63,429 bases of DNA, filler included, from 5 parts of 5 records of this genome joined end to end with filler, not necessarily neighbours in it, one strand, 5' to 3'. Positions 30,063-40,750 are shown, counted from the first letter of the whole stretch. Numbers and translations: made by a program. The notes: generated from the sequence alone by a model not told the origin.

Positions 30063-30785
30063 TCAGCGTGATGATCGCCCGCCGGCGGCCAGCTTCGCGC
30101 GGCTTTTCAGCAACGCATCAATGCAAGCCCCGGGGTCTTCCACCAGTGCGTAGTGGCCCAGTCCCGGTAATGCCGTTACGTCGCCCAATGGCGCGACTGT
30201 CGCGGCATCATGCGCATGGTGGATCGGAATCCAGCTGTCTTCGGTCCCGGCGAATATCCGTACCGGAACGCGCGTTTTCGCAAGGCGGACCAGAGCACCG
30301 GGGCGCTTCAGCGCCAGTTCAGTCTGGGCCGACATCATGGCAGCGCTTTCCTCGGCCATTTTCAGGATTAAAGCCCCGGATTCTGCCTTCTGCGCGCCGC
30401 CCAAGGGTGGCAAACGGGAGGCGATCGCGCCGGCCCCACCCTTCCATGCGACGTCAGCGGCAAATGCCAACCGGCCGACGCGCCTCTCCGGTTCATCAGC
30501 GTGAGGATTGAGAGCGAAGAGAATGAATTCAGCGGCAGGCAGCCTATCCGCCAGATGCGCGGCCACCAGCGCGCCCAGCGAAAAGCCGCAGACCACCGTG
30601 TCGGGGGTGCAGAGTGTCTGCACCTCGTCGAGGTAGTCCTCAACGTCCGGGTGCCGCATGGCAACGACGTGCCGCGCGTCCTGAGGCACGCCTAATCCAT
30701 CGAGAAGCCCGTCGAAGACGGCCCCGGTGCAGAGCGTGCCGGGCAACAGAACCCAAGGCCGTCCATCGGCCAGATCAATAGCCAT
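30063..30785 (-). CDS. Alpha/beta-fold hydrolase
   Basis: LLPGTLC, GFSLG nucleophile elbow, GTED, GLGHY. Confidence 0.88.
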   Translation of the reverse strand: MAIDLADGRPWVLLPGTLCTGAVFDGLLDGLGVPQDARHVVAMRHPDVEDYLDEVQTLCTPDTVVCGFSLGALVAAHLADRLPAAEFILFALNPHADEPERRVGRLAFAADVAWKGGAGAIASRLPPLGGAQKAESGALILKMAEESAAMMSAQTELALKRPGALVRLAKTRVPVRIFAGTEDSWIPIHHAHDAATVAPLGDVTALPGLGHYALVEDPGACIDALLKSRAKLAAGGRSSR

Positions 30786-31575
30786 GCGCCGTCTGTGCCT
30801 TGTCCGGTGCGACCTCTGGATCGTCGGCCAAAGCCTGAACCGCCTTCGCCAAGCTGCGCGTCAGGTGGGCAAAGTCGTTGCCTGGTGTCACCAGCGCGCA
30901 GCCCTGTTCGCGCCGCGTGCGGGCGTCGTGCACGCCCGAGCAGAAGATACCCACCGGAACGCCATGCCGCCTTGCGGCCTCGAGCACCCTGGTGATCGCC
31001 ACTTCGGACTTCGGGCGCGGCTGGCTGACGTGACCGTCAATGGCAAAGGCCAGATCGTTGGGGCCGACATAGATCATGTCGATGCCCTCGACGGCGAGGA
31101 TCTCGTCGATCCGCTCCACTGCCTCGGCAGTCTCGATCATCGGGATCGCCATGACGGTGTCATTCGCTTTGGCGACGTAATCGCTGCCGCCATAGAGCAG
31201 CCCCCTTGACGGCCCGAAGCTACGCGTGCCGAAAGGCGGGTAACGGCAGGCCGAGACCAGCGCCGCGGCCTGTTCCGGTGTCGAGATCATCGGACAGATG
31301 ACGCCGTAAGCCCCGGCATCGAGCAGGTGCATGATCTTGGCCGGATCGAGGTCGGGCACCCGCACCAGCGGGGTCGCGGGCGTCGCGGATATCGCCTGCA
31401 GCATATGCAGCGCCTCGGAAAAGCCCAGCATCCCGTGCTGCAGATCGACGGTGACGGAGTGAACGCCGGAATGCCCGGCGCCCTCGGCGGAGTAGCTCGA
31501 CCCGATGGACAGCCATGCGTTGACCACGCATTCGCCCGCGGCGAGCCTTTGCTTGATAGTATTGGTGCGCATCAA
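30775..31575 (-). CDS. HpcH/HpaI aldolase family
   Basis: VDLQHG, LDAGAYGVICPM, YPPFGTRSFGP, MIETAEA, YVGPNDL. Confidence 0.92.
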   Translation of the reverse strand: MMRTNTIKQRLAAGECVVNAWLSIGSSYSAEGAGHSGVHSVTVDLQHGMLGFSEALHMLQAISATPATPLVRVPDLDPAKIMHLLDAGAYGVICPMISTPEQAAALVSACRYPPFGTRSFGPSRGLLYGGSDYVAKANDTVMAIPMIETAEAVERIDEILAVEGIDMIYVGPNDLAFAIDGHVSQPRPKSEVAITRVLEAARRHGVPVGIFCSGVHDARTRREQGCALVTPGNDFAHLTRSLAKAVQALADDPEVAPDKAQTAHGY

Positions 31576-32699
31576 CCCGCCCGCTTGTAATCGGGCAGCA
31601 ACGCCGCCTTGGCCACGTATCCGCTTGCGTCCAGCGCCTGCCCCGCCTCGCGCGCGGCGTCGATCACGTCGTCGGCAAACACAGGCCGCTTGCGGTGATC
31701 GCCAGAGACGACCATCAGCACCTCGGCCCCCGCATCCCCGGTCGACTCGATTGAACGGACCACGTCGGCCGGGATCGAGTAGGTGTCGCGTTCCTTCAGG
31801 TCGACGGTCACGTCGGCCGCCTTGTTGAGGCTAAGCCGGACCTGTCCGGAGCGGACGATCAGCACCATCTTCTCGGCCAGGATGAATTGGCTTACCCGTT
31901 TCCCGGCGCCGAGCCGCAGCCATTCGACCGAAAAGCCGTGCGGATTGGTGATCGGCGCGGCGTGGTCGCGGTTTTGGGTCAGGCCGAAGCCGATGACCGG
32001 CGCGATCTCGGCACCGCAGCCGGGCAGATGGGCGTCGATAAAGGCGGGTCGGAAATCGCGGTCGCCCTCGGTGACGACGCGGCGGCGCATCTCTTCGGGC
32101 GAAACCTCGCGCAATTGCGCCACCTCTTCGTCGGGCATCGGCGCGATGCGGCCCTCTTCGCCCGGCACCGCGTCACCCCTGGAGGCGTCGATCAGCGTGT
32201 TGTCGTTCGAGATGTAGAGGCCGTAATCGGCAGCCTCGCGGATGATATCGGGGTGGAAGATCACGCCACCGGTGTTGTCACCGCCAAGCGCGGTGAACAG
32301 CCAGCCGTCATCCGGCCCGGCATTGGTGAAGCCGCGGAAGATCCATGTCGGCACCGAGAGGATGTCGCCTGCGCGGCCGACAAATTCATTCTCGCCGTTC
32401 GAGCCCCAGCGGAAGGTCCATTCGCCCTTCTGCACGATGAATACCTCGGCGGTGAAATGGACGTGCAGGTTGTTGGTGATGCCATTGGGCATGGCCGCCG
32501 CGCCGATGTTGAAGCCGTGCGGCTCGGGCAGGTTGACCACCTGCTCGTCCGACGAGGTCACACCGGGACCGATGATCGAGTAGTTTTCCTTGAGGTGCGA
32601 GCCGGGTTTCTTGCAGTCGATGAAAGCCACCGTGCAGGAGACGTAGTCCTCGCGCTTGACGTGGCGGGCCTCGGCCTCGGATTGGGTGATCTGGGTCAT
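31572..32699 (-). CDS. Bicupin protein of unknown function
   Basis: NNLHVHFTAEVF metal motif and GDILSVPTWIFRGFTN in first cupin; degenerate second cupin. Confidence 0.8.
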   Translation of the reverse strand: MTQITQSEAEARHVKREDYVSCTVAFIDCKKPGSHLKENYSIIGPGVTSSDEQVVNLPEPHGFNIGAAAMPNGITNNLHVHFTAEVFIVQKGEWTFRWGSNGENEFVGRAGDILSVPTWIFRGFTNAGPDDGWLFTALGGDNTGGVIFHPDIIREAADYGLYISNDNTLIDASRGDAVPGEEGRIAPMPDEEVAQLREVSPEEMRRRVVTEGDRDFRPAFIDAHLPGCGAEIAPVIGFGLTQNRDHAAPITNPHGFSVEWLRLGAGKRVSQFILAEKMVLIVRSGQVRLSLNKAADVTVDLKERDTYSIPADVVRSIESTGDAGAEVLMVVSGDHRKRPVFADDVIDAAREAGQALDASGYVAKAALLPDYKRAG

Positions 32700-32720
32700 G
32701 TTTCTCTCCTATCGTAACGG

Positions 32721-33776
32721 TCAGACGTCGAGGCGCTGGCCGGAGGTCTTGTCAAACAGGTGAATGCGCGCGCCGGGCTTGGGGGCCAGGCCGCAAGGCG
32801 CGTCGATGGGCGCCTCGAAATCGGCCGGGCCACGGGCGCAGATCGAGGTGGCACCGTTGCGCAGCGTGACAAGCGTGGAGTCGCCGGTCAGTTCCAGCGC
32901 GTAGAGATTGCCCGAGATCGAGGCCGCGGCAATGTCGGTCAGGTGCAGGTCTTCGGGCCGGATGCCCATCACCACGTTTGCGCGGTCCGGCTCGGCTACC
33001 GGCACCGAGACGCCCTGCGCCTCGAAGTTGCCGCCGGTGATCCGGCCCTCGACCAGGTTCATCGACGGCGAGCCGATGAAACCAGCCACGAACAGGTCCG
33101 CCGGTTCCGAGTAGATCTTCTTGGGCGTGTCCAGCTGCACGATCCGCCCCTCCTTCATCACCGCCACGCGGCTGGCCAAGGTCATCGCCTCCATCTGATC
33201 ATGGGTTACGTAAACCGTGGTCACGCCCAACTCGTGATGCAGGTGCTTCAGCTCCGCCCGCATGGTGACACGCAGCTTTGCGTCAAGGTTCGACAGTGGC
33301 TCATCCATCAGGAAGATCTTCGGCGTCCGCACGATGGCCCGCGCCAGCGCAACCCGCTGCCGCTGGCCGCCCGAAAGCTCGGAAGGCCGGCGTTTCAACA
33401 GCGCCTCCAGCTCGACCTTCTGGGCGGTCTCCTGCACCCGCGCCTCACGCGCCTTGCGGTCCATGCCGCGCAACTTCAACGGGTAGCCGATGTTCTGCGC
33501 CACCGTCATGTGCGGATAGAGCCCGTAGTTCTGGAACACCATCGCGATGTCACGATCCTTGGGCGGCTTGTTGTTGGCGCGTTCCCCGGCGATCATCAGG
33601 TCGCCCGAGGTGATGTCCTCCAGCCCCGCGATCATCCGCATGGTGGTGGTCTTGCCGCAGCCTGAAGGACCCAGAAGGACCAGGAATTCGCCCTCTTCGA
33701 TGGTCAGGCTCTGCTTCGGGACAGCGAGGAATTCGCCATACTTCTTCTCGACATCGACAAGCTGTACTTCGGCCAT
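32721..33776 (-). CDS. CUT1 ABC transporter ATP-binding subunit
   Basis: GPSGCGKT, LSGGQRQR, MDEPLSNLD, YVTHDQ. Confidence 0.96.
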   Translation of the reverse strand: MAEVQLVDVEKKYGEFLAVPKQSLTIEEGEFLVLLGPSGCGKTTTMRMIAGLEDITSGDLMIAGERANNKPPKDRDIAMVFQNYGLYPHMTVAQNIGYPLKLRGMDRKAREARVQETAQKVELEALLKRRPSELSGGQRQRVALARAIVRTPKIFLMDEPLSNLDAKLRVTMRAELKHLHHELGVTTVYVTHDQMEAMTLASRVAVMKEGRIVQLDTPKKIYSEPADLFVAGFIGSPSMNLVEGRITGGNFEAQGVSVPVAEPDRANVVMGIRPEDLHLTDIAAASISGNLYALELTGDSTLVTLRNGATSICARGPADFEAPIDAPCGLAPKPGARIHLFDKTSGQRLDV

Positions 33777-33788
33777 TGCGAAGCCTCC

Positions 33789-34604
33789 CTATTTGACTGC
33801 GCCGGCTGTCATGCCGCGCGTGAAGTGTTTCTGGATGAGCAGCGCCATGATGAAGATCGGCACCGTGATCATGACCCCGGCGGCGCTCATCAGCTCCCAA
33901 AGGTCGCCGCGCTCGGTACGGAAACTGACCAGCCCCACCGGCAGGGTGACGGCATCGCGGCGTGTCAGGATCAGAGCGAAGAGGAACTCGTTCCAGGTCA
34001 GGATGAAGCAGAAGATCGACGAGGTCAGGATGCCGGGAGCGGCCATCGGCAGCACTATGTCGCGGATCACCCTCAGGCGCGAGGCGCCGTCGATCATCGC
34101 TGCTTCCTCGCTGTCGGTGGGAATTGCGTCGATGAAGCCCTTGATCATCCAGATCACGAAGGGCGTCACGATCGCTAGGTTGACAATGATCAGCGCGATC
34201 CGCGTGTCCAGAAGCCCCAGCGAGCGGAACATCAGGAAGAAGGGCAGCACAATCACCACCGCCGGGATGAACTGGGTCGACAGGATCAGGAAGAACAGAA
34301 ACTTCCGCCCCTTCACCCGAAACCGCGAGAAGGAATAGGCCGCGAGCGAGGCGCAGGGCACCGCGATCAGCACCGTGACCGTTGCGACGATCACCGAGTT
34401 CAGCACCATGTCGCCCAGGTTCCAGGGGTCCGAGAACACGGTGGCGAAGTTCGCCAGCGTCGGGCTGAAATCGAGCGACAGGGAATAGGCGTCGCGCGGC
34501 CGCTTGAAGGCGGTCAGGAACATCCAGGCGATGGGGAAGAGAACGATGGTGGAGATGAGAAGCAGCAGCGCGCGCTCGACCCACCAGAAGACAGATTTGC
34601 TCAT
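33789..34604 (-). CDS. Carbohydrate ABC transporter permease
   Basis: EEAAMIDGAS EAA loop, WNEFLFAL. Confidence 0.95.
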   Translation of the reverse strand: MSKSVFWWVERALLLLISTIVLFPIAWMFLTAFKRPRDAYSLSLDFSPTLANFATVFSDPWNLGDMVLNSVIVATVTVLIAVPCASLAAYSFSRFRVKGRKFLFFLILSTQFIPAVVIVLPFFLMFRSLGLLDTRIALIIVNLAIVTPFVIWMIKGFIDAIPTDSEEAAMIDGASRLRVIRDIVLPMAAPGILTSSIFCFILTWNEFLFALILTRRDAVTLPVGLVSFRTERGDLWELMSAAGVMITVPIFIMALLIQKHFTRGMTAGAVK

Positions 34605-35485
34605 GCCGTGGCCATCTTTCTTTCGCTAAGCAGCATCCGGACGTACCAGATCGAGATCAGCATCATGATTGCGGTGAGGATCCAGGCCAGTGCCGAGGCA
34701 TAGCCCATGTCGTACCATTTGAAGCCGACGTTGAAGATGAAGAAGGCCAGCGTCTCGGTCGAGGTGCCGGGCCCACCGCCAGTCAGCGTCACAACCTGGT
34801 CGAACATCTTCAGCGCGAAGATCGTCTTCAGCACAGCAACCACCAGCAGCACGCCCCTCATCTGCGGCAGCACAATGCCGAAGATGATGCGCAGGGTGGA
34901 GGCGCCGTCTATGCGCGCGGCCTCTTCGGTTTCACGCGGCACCGAGGCCAGGCCGCCGAGGCACATGAAGGTCATGTAGGGCGCCCAGTGCCAGACATCC
35001 GTCAGCACGAGGATGGCCATCGCCAGATCGGGGCTGGCCAGCCAAGGCGTGCCGTCCAGCGCCGGGAAGACTGCGCCGAGGCCCTTGGCAATGACGCCGA
35101 ACTCGGGGTTGAACATGAAGCGGTAGCTGACACCGATCAGCGCCGGGCTCATGGCGAAAGGCAGGATCAGGATCACCCGGGTGAAGGTGTGCATCTTGCC
35201 TTTGCGCCGCAGCAAAAGCGCCAACGACATGGCGATCACCAGGGTCAGCGCCACGCTGGTCAACACGAAGATCGTGGTCACCCAGAGCGAGTTCTGAAAA
35301 CCCGGCTCGGTAAAGGCATGTCCGAAATTCTCAAGACCGACAAAGTCGCCGGGGCGACGCTGCTTGGTCAGGTCCCATTCGCGGAACGCGGTGACCAGCG
35401 AATAGGCAAGCGGATACAGCGTTGTCGCCAGCACGATCAGGAATGCCGGAACAAGCAGAAGGTATGACAGGGACCTGTCCTGCAT
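34601..35485 (-). CDS. Carbohydrate ABC transporter permease
   Basis: FVGLENF, EEAARIDGAS, LTGGGPG, GYASA; start at MQDRS. Confidence 0.93.
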   Translation of the reverse strand: MQDRSLSYLLLVPAFLIVLATTLYPLAYSLVTAFREWDLTKQRRPGDFVGLENFGHAFTEPGFQNSLWVTTIFVLTSVALTLVIAMSLALLLRRKGKMHTFTRVILILPFAMSPALIGVSYRFMFNPEFGVIAKGLGAVFPALDGTPWLASPDLAMAILVLTDVWHWAPYMTFMCLGGLASVPRETEEAARIDGASTLRIIFGIVLPQMRGVLLVVAVLKTIFALKMFDQVVTLTGGGPGTSTETLAFFIFNVGFKWYDMGYASALAWILTAIMMLISIWYVRMLLSERKMATA

Positions 35486-35549
35486 GGTGTACCTTTCTGA
35501 AACGGAAGGGTGGCGCGCCCGGGGAGCAGGGCGCGCCATGGACAGGGGA

Positions 35550-36824
35550 TCAGCGAATGCGCGCGATTTCTTCGGCCGCGTGGTCCAGCGCCGCGGCGGT
35601 GTCGGTCTCCTCGCCGCTGGCGAGGCTGGAAATCGCGGTTTCGAGGATCTCGGAGATCCGCGGCCAGTTGTCGCCGAAATCCATGCCTTCGGCCGTGGCC
35701 AGCGCGTCGGCGGCGGCGGAGTGCATCCCGCCCCAGCGCGCGTTGACTTCTTCGTCACGCAGGTTGGAGAAATGCACCGCGACCACTTCGGAGCCGTTTT
35801 CATCCAGCAATACCTCGCGCTCCAGCGCCGGGTCGGTCAGCCAGCCAAGGAACTCCGCCGCGGCATCCTTGTTGTCCGCGCCTTCGGTCACCGCGAAGAT
35901 CCAGGTGTTGGTGAAGGTGGTCTTGTCCGCCCCGCCCACCGAGGGCAGCGAGGTAAAGCCGATCTGGTCGGCGGTCAGCTTGGATTGCTCGGGATCGGAG
36001 AGCTGCGAGCGCACCCACCACCAGACCGGCAGCATGGCGGAATTGCCCTGCTTGAAGCTGTTGACCGCATCCTGTTCGACGAAGGTAGCCGAGCCTGCGG
36101 GGGCGATCTTTTCCTCGGTCAGCAGGCTGACATATTGTTCGGTCGCGGCAATGCCTGCCTCGGAATTGAAGGCAGGGTCGCCGTTTTCATCAAACAGGTC
36201 GCCGCCATGGCCCCAGAGCAGGTTGATCCAGACCATTAGGTTCTGGCCGTTCAGTTTGCCATAGGGCAGCGCGATGCCGGCGGCCTCGGTTTTGTCCTGA
36301 ACCGCCTTCGCGGCTGTAACAACGTCGTCCCAAGTCGACGGTGCTTCGACGCCAGCCTGCTCTAGCAGGTCCTTGCGATAAAACAGGAGTTGCACATGGC
36401 CGCGCACCGGCAAGCCGACCAGCTCACCGTTCAACATGCCGTGGCGCAGGTGCGCCGGGGGGAAATCGTCTAGGTCCGTGCCTTGCGCCTCGATTTCGTC
36501 GCCGATGGGCTGTACGAGCATCTGCAAAGACGGCACCCACTGGTCCATGATCGAAACGATATCGTAATCGCCGCCCGCCACCATCTCGGTGGTCAGCGCT
36601 TCCTTCATGTTGGGGAAGGGCACATAGTCATAGACCACGTCGATGCCGGTGGCCTCTTCGAACGCGGCGAGCCGCGCTTCATGCGCTTCGAACTGGCTGG
36701 ATTTTACCGCCAGCACATGCACGGTTTCGCCGTCGTAGGGCTTGCCCTCAGTCGCTTCCCAGGCGCTGACGCTGGATCCGAATATTGCCCCCGCAATGGC
36801 AAGGGCGCTGGTGAAACGTCTCAT
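35550..36824 (-). CDS. ABC transporter substrate-binding protein (family 1)
   Basis: Signal peptide, FEEATGIDV, LFYRKDLL, APSTWDD. Confidence 0.93.
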   Translation of the reverse strand: MRRFTSALAIAGAIFGSSVSAWEATEGKPYDGETVHVLAVKSSQFEAHEARLAAFEEATGIDVVYDYVPFPNMKEALTTEMVAGGDYDIVSIMDQWVPSLQMLVQPIGDEIEAQGTDLDDFPPAHLRHGMLNGELVGLPVRGHVQLLFYRKDLLEQAGVEAPSTWDDVVTAAKAVQDKTEAAGIALPYGKLNGQNLMVWINLLWGHGGDLFDENGDPAFNSEAGIAATEQYVSLLTEEKIAPAGSATFVEQDAVNSFKQGNSAMLPVWWWVRSQLSDPEQSKLTADQIGFTSLPSVGGADKTTFTNTWIFAVTEGADNKDAAAEFLGWLTDPALEREVLLDENGSEVVAVHFSNLRDEEVNARWGGMHSAAADALATAEGMDFGDNWPRISEILETAISSLASGEETDTAAALDHAAEEIARIR

Positions 36825-36875
36825 GTGATCCTCCCTCTGAATCTGCCTGCAAGCTAGAGAAGGAGGGATGTTCGG

Positions 36876-36891
36876 TCAATAAGATTATTGA
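36876..36891. promoter_or_regulatory. Palindrome, candidate GntR operator
   Basis: TCAATAA-GA-TTATTGA between the divergent binding-protein and gntR genes. Confidence 0.55.
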
Positions 36892-36963
36892 TAATTTTAT
36901 CGTTGAGATGGCGACCGGCATTGTTTAAGCCTTCCGGAGAGATAGTGACCGAGGCCGGAGCAC

Positions 36964-37620
36964 ATGCCGAACGCACTCCAGAAAGACCTGGAAGATGACA
37001 TCATTTTCGGAGTTTACCCACCAGGCACGCGGATCACCGAGGATACGGTGATGGAAGCATACGACGCCAAGCGCCACGCGGTACGGCACGCCTTTGCCGA
37101 GCTGGAAAACCAAGGATTGCTGGTGCATCGCCCGCGGCGCGGCGTCGAGGTGGTGGATTTCACCCCCGACGAGGTGGACGCGCTCTATGATCTGCGGATC
37201 GTGCTGGAAACCGCCGCCGCGCGCCGCACCCCCCTGCCCGCACCGGTCGAGACCACCGAGTCGCTGACGGTGCTGGCCGATCGCCACGCCGAGGCAGTGG
37301 AACGGGGCGCATTCCGCGAGGTCTACGAGCTGAACCAGCAGTTTCACGAGCTGCAATACAGTTGCTGCCCGAATCCCCGGTTGACCAAGCTTATCGCCCA
37401 GCACGCCCGCATGGCCCAGCCGATCCGGGTGGTGAAATACGACGACATGGAGCACATGGCGATCGTTGTCGCGCAGCATCGCGACATCGTCGCCGCATTG
37501 CGCGGCACCTCGACCGAGGCCTACGAGGCCAGCGTGCGCGCGCACCTTCCGGCCTCGGCCGAAGCCTACCGCGCCCTTTACGAACGCCGCTTTGCTGGAC
37601 GCCGCGCCGCCCAGGCCTGA
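36964..37620 (+). CDS. GntR/FadR (FCD) regulator
   Basis: YPPGTRITE...AVRHAF..LENQGLL..RPRRG wHTH; NQQFH, QHRDIV. Confidence 0.92.
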   Translation: MPNALQKDLEDDIIFGVYPPGTRITEDTVMEAYDAKRHAVRHAFAELENQGLLVHRPRRGVEVVDFTPDEVDALYDLRIVLETAAARRTPLPAPVETTESLTVLADRHAEAVERGAFREVYELNQQFHELQYSCCPNPRLTKLIAQHARMAQPIRVVKYDDMEHMAIVVAQHRDIVAALRGTSTEAYEASVRAHLPASAEAYRALYERRFAGRRAAQA

Positions 37621-37737
37621 TCCTTCGGAACTGCGGACGGCGGCTTCGCTTGGCCTTCGCCCTGTCGATCAAGTGGTGCGGATGACCTCTGGCAACGGAC
37701 GATCAGTCCCCTGAAAGCCTCGCTTTGACAGAGGTTT

Positions 37738-38308
37738 TCACGCGTCCCAGTCCACGTTGAATGTCGTTACCAGATCCTTGACCTGCGCCGAACTCAGGGC
37801 ACGGGGGTTCAGGCCGCGTGTCAACAAGGCCAGACGCGCGGTGTCTTCGAGTTCCTCGATGGCATTGCAGGCGGCCTCGACATCCTTTCCGGCCACCACC
37901 GGCCCGTGATTGGCCAGCATCACCGCCGAACGTTTGCCAGCTAGGCTGCGCACCGCCTCGCCCATCGCCGGGTCACCGGGCAGGAAAAAGGGCAAGAGCT
38001 TCACCTTTCCCAGCTTCATGATCCCGTATGGGGTAAGCGGCGGCAGGAAGTTGTCCTCGTCCGCGTCCCGCATCATCGACAGCGCGACCGAATGGCATGA
38101 ATGCAGATGCACCACCGAGCCCGCTGTGCTGCGGGTGTCGTAGAAGGCGGAATGCAGGGGCATCTCCTTGGTAGGCTTGTCACCGTCGATGTGCCTGCCC
38201 TCGGCATCAAAGCGGCTGAGGCGGCCGGGATCGAGTCCACCGAAACTGGTGCCGGTGGGCGAGACAAGCAGCCCGCCATCCTCGGTCCGGGCCGAGATGT
38301 TGCCGGTG
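37738..38308 (-). CDS. otnC: Class II aldolase, 3-oxo-tetronate 4-phosphate decarboxylase-like (5' truncated)
   Basis: TGNISAR, SPTGTSFG, KPTKEMPLH, VVHLHS, LANHGPVV, EELEDTA. Confidence 0.85.
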
Positions 38309-38408
38309 NNNNNNNNNNNNNNNNNNNNNNNNNNNNNNNNNNNNNNNNNNNNTTAATTAATTAANNNNNNNNNNNNNNNNNNNNNNNNNNNNNNNNNNNN
38401 NNNNNNNN
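38309..38408. other. Artificial contig linker
   Basis: N44-TTAATTAATTAA-N44. Confidence 0.99.
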
Positions 38409-39076
38409 CGCAGTTTCCACACAGCCTCGGCCCTTTCCCACCGCTTCAGCTATCCGCTGCGTACTCCGGATTTGGTCACCACGACCCAAGCTCTACTCAA
38501 GATTGTAAGCCGCCAGGCCTTCGACATCTTCGCCAAGTTCGACAGGCCATACGGGTGACGTGCCTGAGATGGAAGTGCTGGACTATCCTCGCGCGATGAG
38601 CGCACGGCAAGTGCCACAGCGGATCAGAGAGTTTATGGCTACCGAAGCTGCTGCCTGAGAGGCTTCTGGAAAAGGCGCTTCCTCCCCGAGATTGGAAACT
38701 TGGCAGACCTCCATTATGCGCAGTTCAAGGCTGTGGTCCGCTCAATCCAACCTGAGGCGGCTTTACGGCTTAAACAGGGAGTATACGCTGCGCGAAGTGA
38801 ATTCCAGGTCTACGCCCCGCTTGACGTTGTTCCCTCTTCCGGAACGGCATTCCGGGCAAGATTCCGAAGACAGCCCCGTTTCCCTTTCCGAATTGTTTTC
38901 AAACAACGCACCTAAATCATCTGACCACGGAGTTTGCCGGGTCGTGCAAGAGTACCGAATACGAGACGTAGCACAAAAGGCGATGTAGTCGGCTGCAAGA
39001 TACTTCTGCTGGTGAGGTTGATGCTGGCGAGAAGACCACTGGGCGTCAAATGCACCAACTTCGTTGTGAATGCATG

Positions 39077-39118
39077 AACCAAACGGGTTATGCTCAATCC
39101 TTGAAAATGGATTAGAGT
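39077..39118 (+). promoter_or_regulatory. Shared promoter box, copy 1 (upstream of the LuxR-hydrolase gene)
   Basis: AACCAAACGGGTTATG-N18-ATTAGAGT. Confidence 0.6.
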
Positions 39119-39161
39119 ACCAAGCCAAGGCGAATACCCAACCGATCTCGAGGAAGCCGGA

Positions 39162-40646
39162 ATGCAAACAGTTCAGGAAATCGAAGCGAGGGCCATTGCG
39201 GCCCAAGCGATCCGCACCGTTCCTGATTTGCATCCAGAAGTTCTTCACAGCTTCCTTGTCGATATCGGGAAGCGTGAGCCGGTGCCGATTGCCCGGTTTA
39301 GGGGCGTTCCGATCTGGCGCTATACCGCCGATCTGACCACACTCAGCTCCTTGCCGGAGGCTGAACTCGCGACCGTGGCCGGTAACGATCACCTGGTGTT
39401 CCAGGAGGATCATATCTGCGTCTGCCTTCGCTTTGACCCGCAATCGCTTATGGTTGTTGTGCCCATGCGCATCGTGGGTGCCATCATGGAAGACCGGGGA
39501 TTTACCCCGGCCAGTGCGGCGGAAATGCGCTTGGCGGCGCAGCTTTTGTCCGGGGTATCGCTCAACGATGCCGCTACCGGGGATAACGTGGCTTATGAGA
39601 CAAAGCGCAACCAGTTCAAATCCCTTGCCGCAAAGATGGGCCTGTCTCGGCAGCAGGACGTGGTGCGGATATTGTTACAGGATCTGCTGCTGATCGTCGT
39701 ACCGCGGAGTACGGCGGAACCAAACCATGACCTGCTGTACGGCTACAAAGACCGATTTCTGCCTGACCGAGTGCGCCTTTCGATTCTGTCTCAGAGGGAT
39801 GGGCCAGATGCCCGGATCCTCGACTACGGTCCGGTGTCAGGTCGACCGGTCCTGTTGCTGCACCCGATGATCCTGCCAGACATAACCGACGCAAATATCA
39901 ACGCGGCAGAAGCGGAGGGGATCAGGGTGATCCTGCCCTTGCGCCCCGGCCTGCTGGACCCGAGCGCCGCGTCCCAGTCGCACGAAGCCCATATGGATCA
40001 GGCCTTCGCCTGTTTGGTGACAGCTTGGACCCAGATGTGTGGTACCTCTGCGGCATTGCTGGCACTTGTGTCGAGCGGTGCCCTGGCGACCCGCTTTGCC
40101 CGATCCTTTCCTGATCGGGTTTCGTCGGTGACTTATGCAGCGACCTGCTTTTCTTCGGGGCATTACCGGCCAAGCCCAATCTATTTCGGATCCAGCGTTG
40201 CTGAGCTTGCGCTGCGCAACGAATGGATCCTCACTAAGACCATGGCCACTCTGCGACGGCAGTTTTTCCCGCGGGACAAGTTCGAGCCTACGATCCGCCG
40301 CATCTTTTCCGGCAGCGCGCCCGACACCCGGATCCTCGAGAGGGAATTTGACGTACCGAACCACGGCGACCGGATCATGGCGGTGGTACTCCAATCCCCC
40401 GAGAGCTTGAAGCAAGACTATTTCAACCAGGTTCATTTCGACTGGAAACAGGTCGCAGACGTTAGCGCGCCGGTGGAATTCGTGCACGGGTTGGAGGATT
40501 CCATTCACGCTGTTTGCGATATGGAGCGACTGCGCACCCTGGCGGGGAATCGCCCAATGCGGAGTGTTCCGGGGGTGGGTCACCTGTTTCAATATGATCA
40601 GCTCGACCAGTTGATTGCCGATGTTGCGGCGGCGACTCCACGCTAA
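39162..40646 (+). CDS. LuxR-type HTH / alpha-beta hydrolase fusion regulator
   Basis: SAAEMRLAAQLLSGVSLNDAA..DNVAYETKRNQFKSLAAKMGLSRQQDVVR HTH; DYGPVSGRPVLLLH, LRPG, ALVSSG, VHGLED, GVGHL hydrolase fold. Confidence 0.85.
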   Translation: MQTVQEIEARAIAAQAIRTVPDLHPEVLHSFLVDIGKREPVPIARFRGVPIWRYTADLTTLSSLPEAELATVAGNDHLVFQEDHICVCLRFDPQSLMVVVPMRIVGAIMEDRGFTPASAAEMRLAAQLLSGVSLNDAATGDNVAYETKRNQFKSLAAKMGLSRQQDVVRILLQDLLLIVVPRSTAEPNHDLLYGYKDRFLPDRVRLSILSQRDGPDARILDYGPVSGRPVLLLHPMILPDITDANINAAEAEGIRVILPLRPGLLDPSAASQSHEAHMDQAFACLVTAWTQMCGTSAALLALVSSGALATRFARSFPDRVSSVTYAATCFSSGHYRPSPIYFGSSVAELALRNEWILTKTMATLRRQFFPRDKFEPTIRRIFSGSAPDTRILEREFDVPNHGDRIMAVVLQSPESLKQDYFNQVHFDWKQVADVSAPVEFVHGLEDSIHAVCDMERLRTLAGNRPMRSVPGVGHLFQYDQLDQLIADVAAATPR

Positions 40647-40677
40647 CGGTTCCCTGCATCCCTTCCCTTCCCGTTTG

Positions 40678-40719
40678 ACCCAAACGGGTCATGTGGCGAC
40701 GCGGCCCGGCCCCTAGCTT
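40678..40719 (+). promoter_or_regulatory. Shared promoter box, copy 2
   Basis: ACCCAAACGGGTCATG-N18-CCTAGCTT, 31 nt before the 40751 ATG. Confidence 0.75.
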
Positions 40720-40750
40720 TGCTTGGTCAAGACAACGAAGGAGAACAGCT

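Noticed and set aside
38409-38430. CAGTTTCCACACAGCCT resembling an IS1182-type terminal repeat
   Set aside because: Too short and no transposase sequence visible
38480-39000. Protein-like fragments (..EFMATEAAA*, LADLHYAQFKAV..)
   Set aside because: Broken frames with no identifiable family
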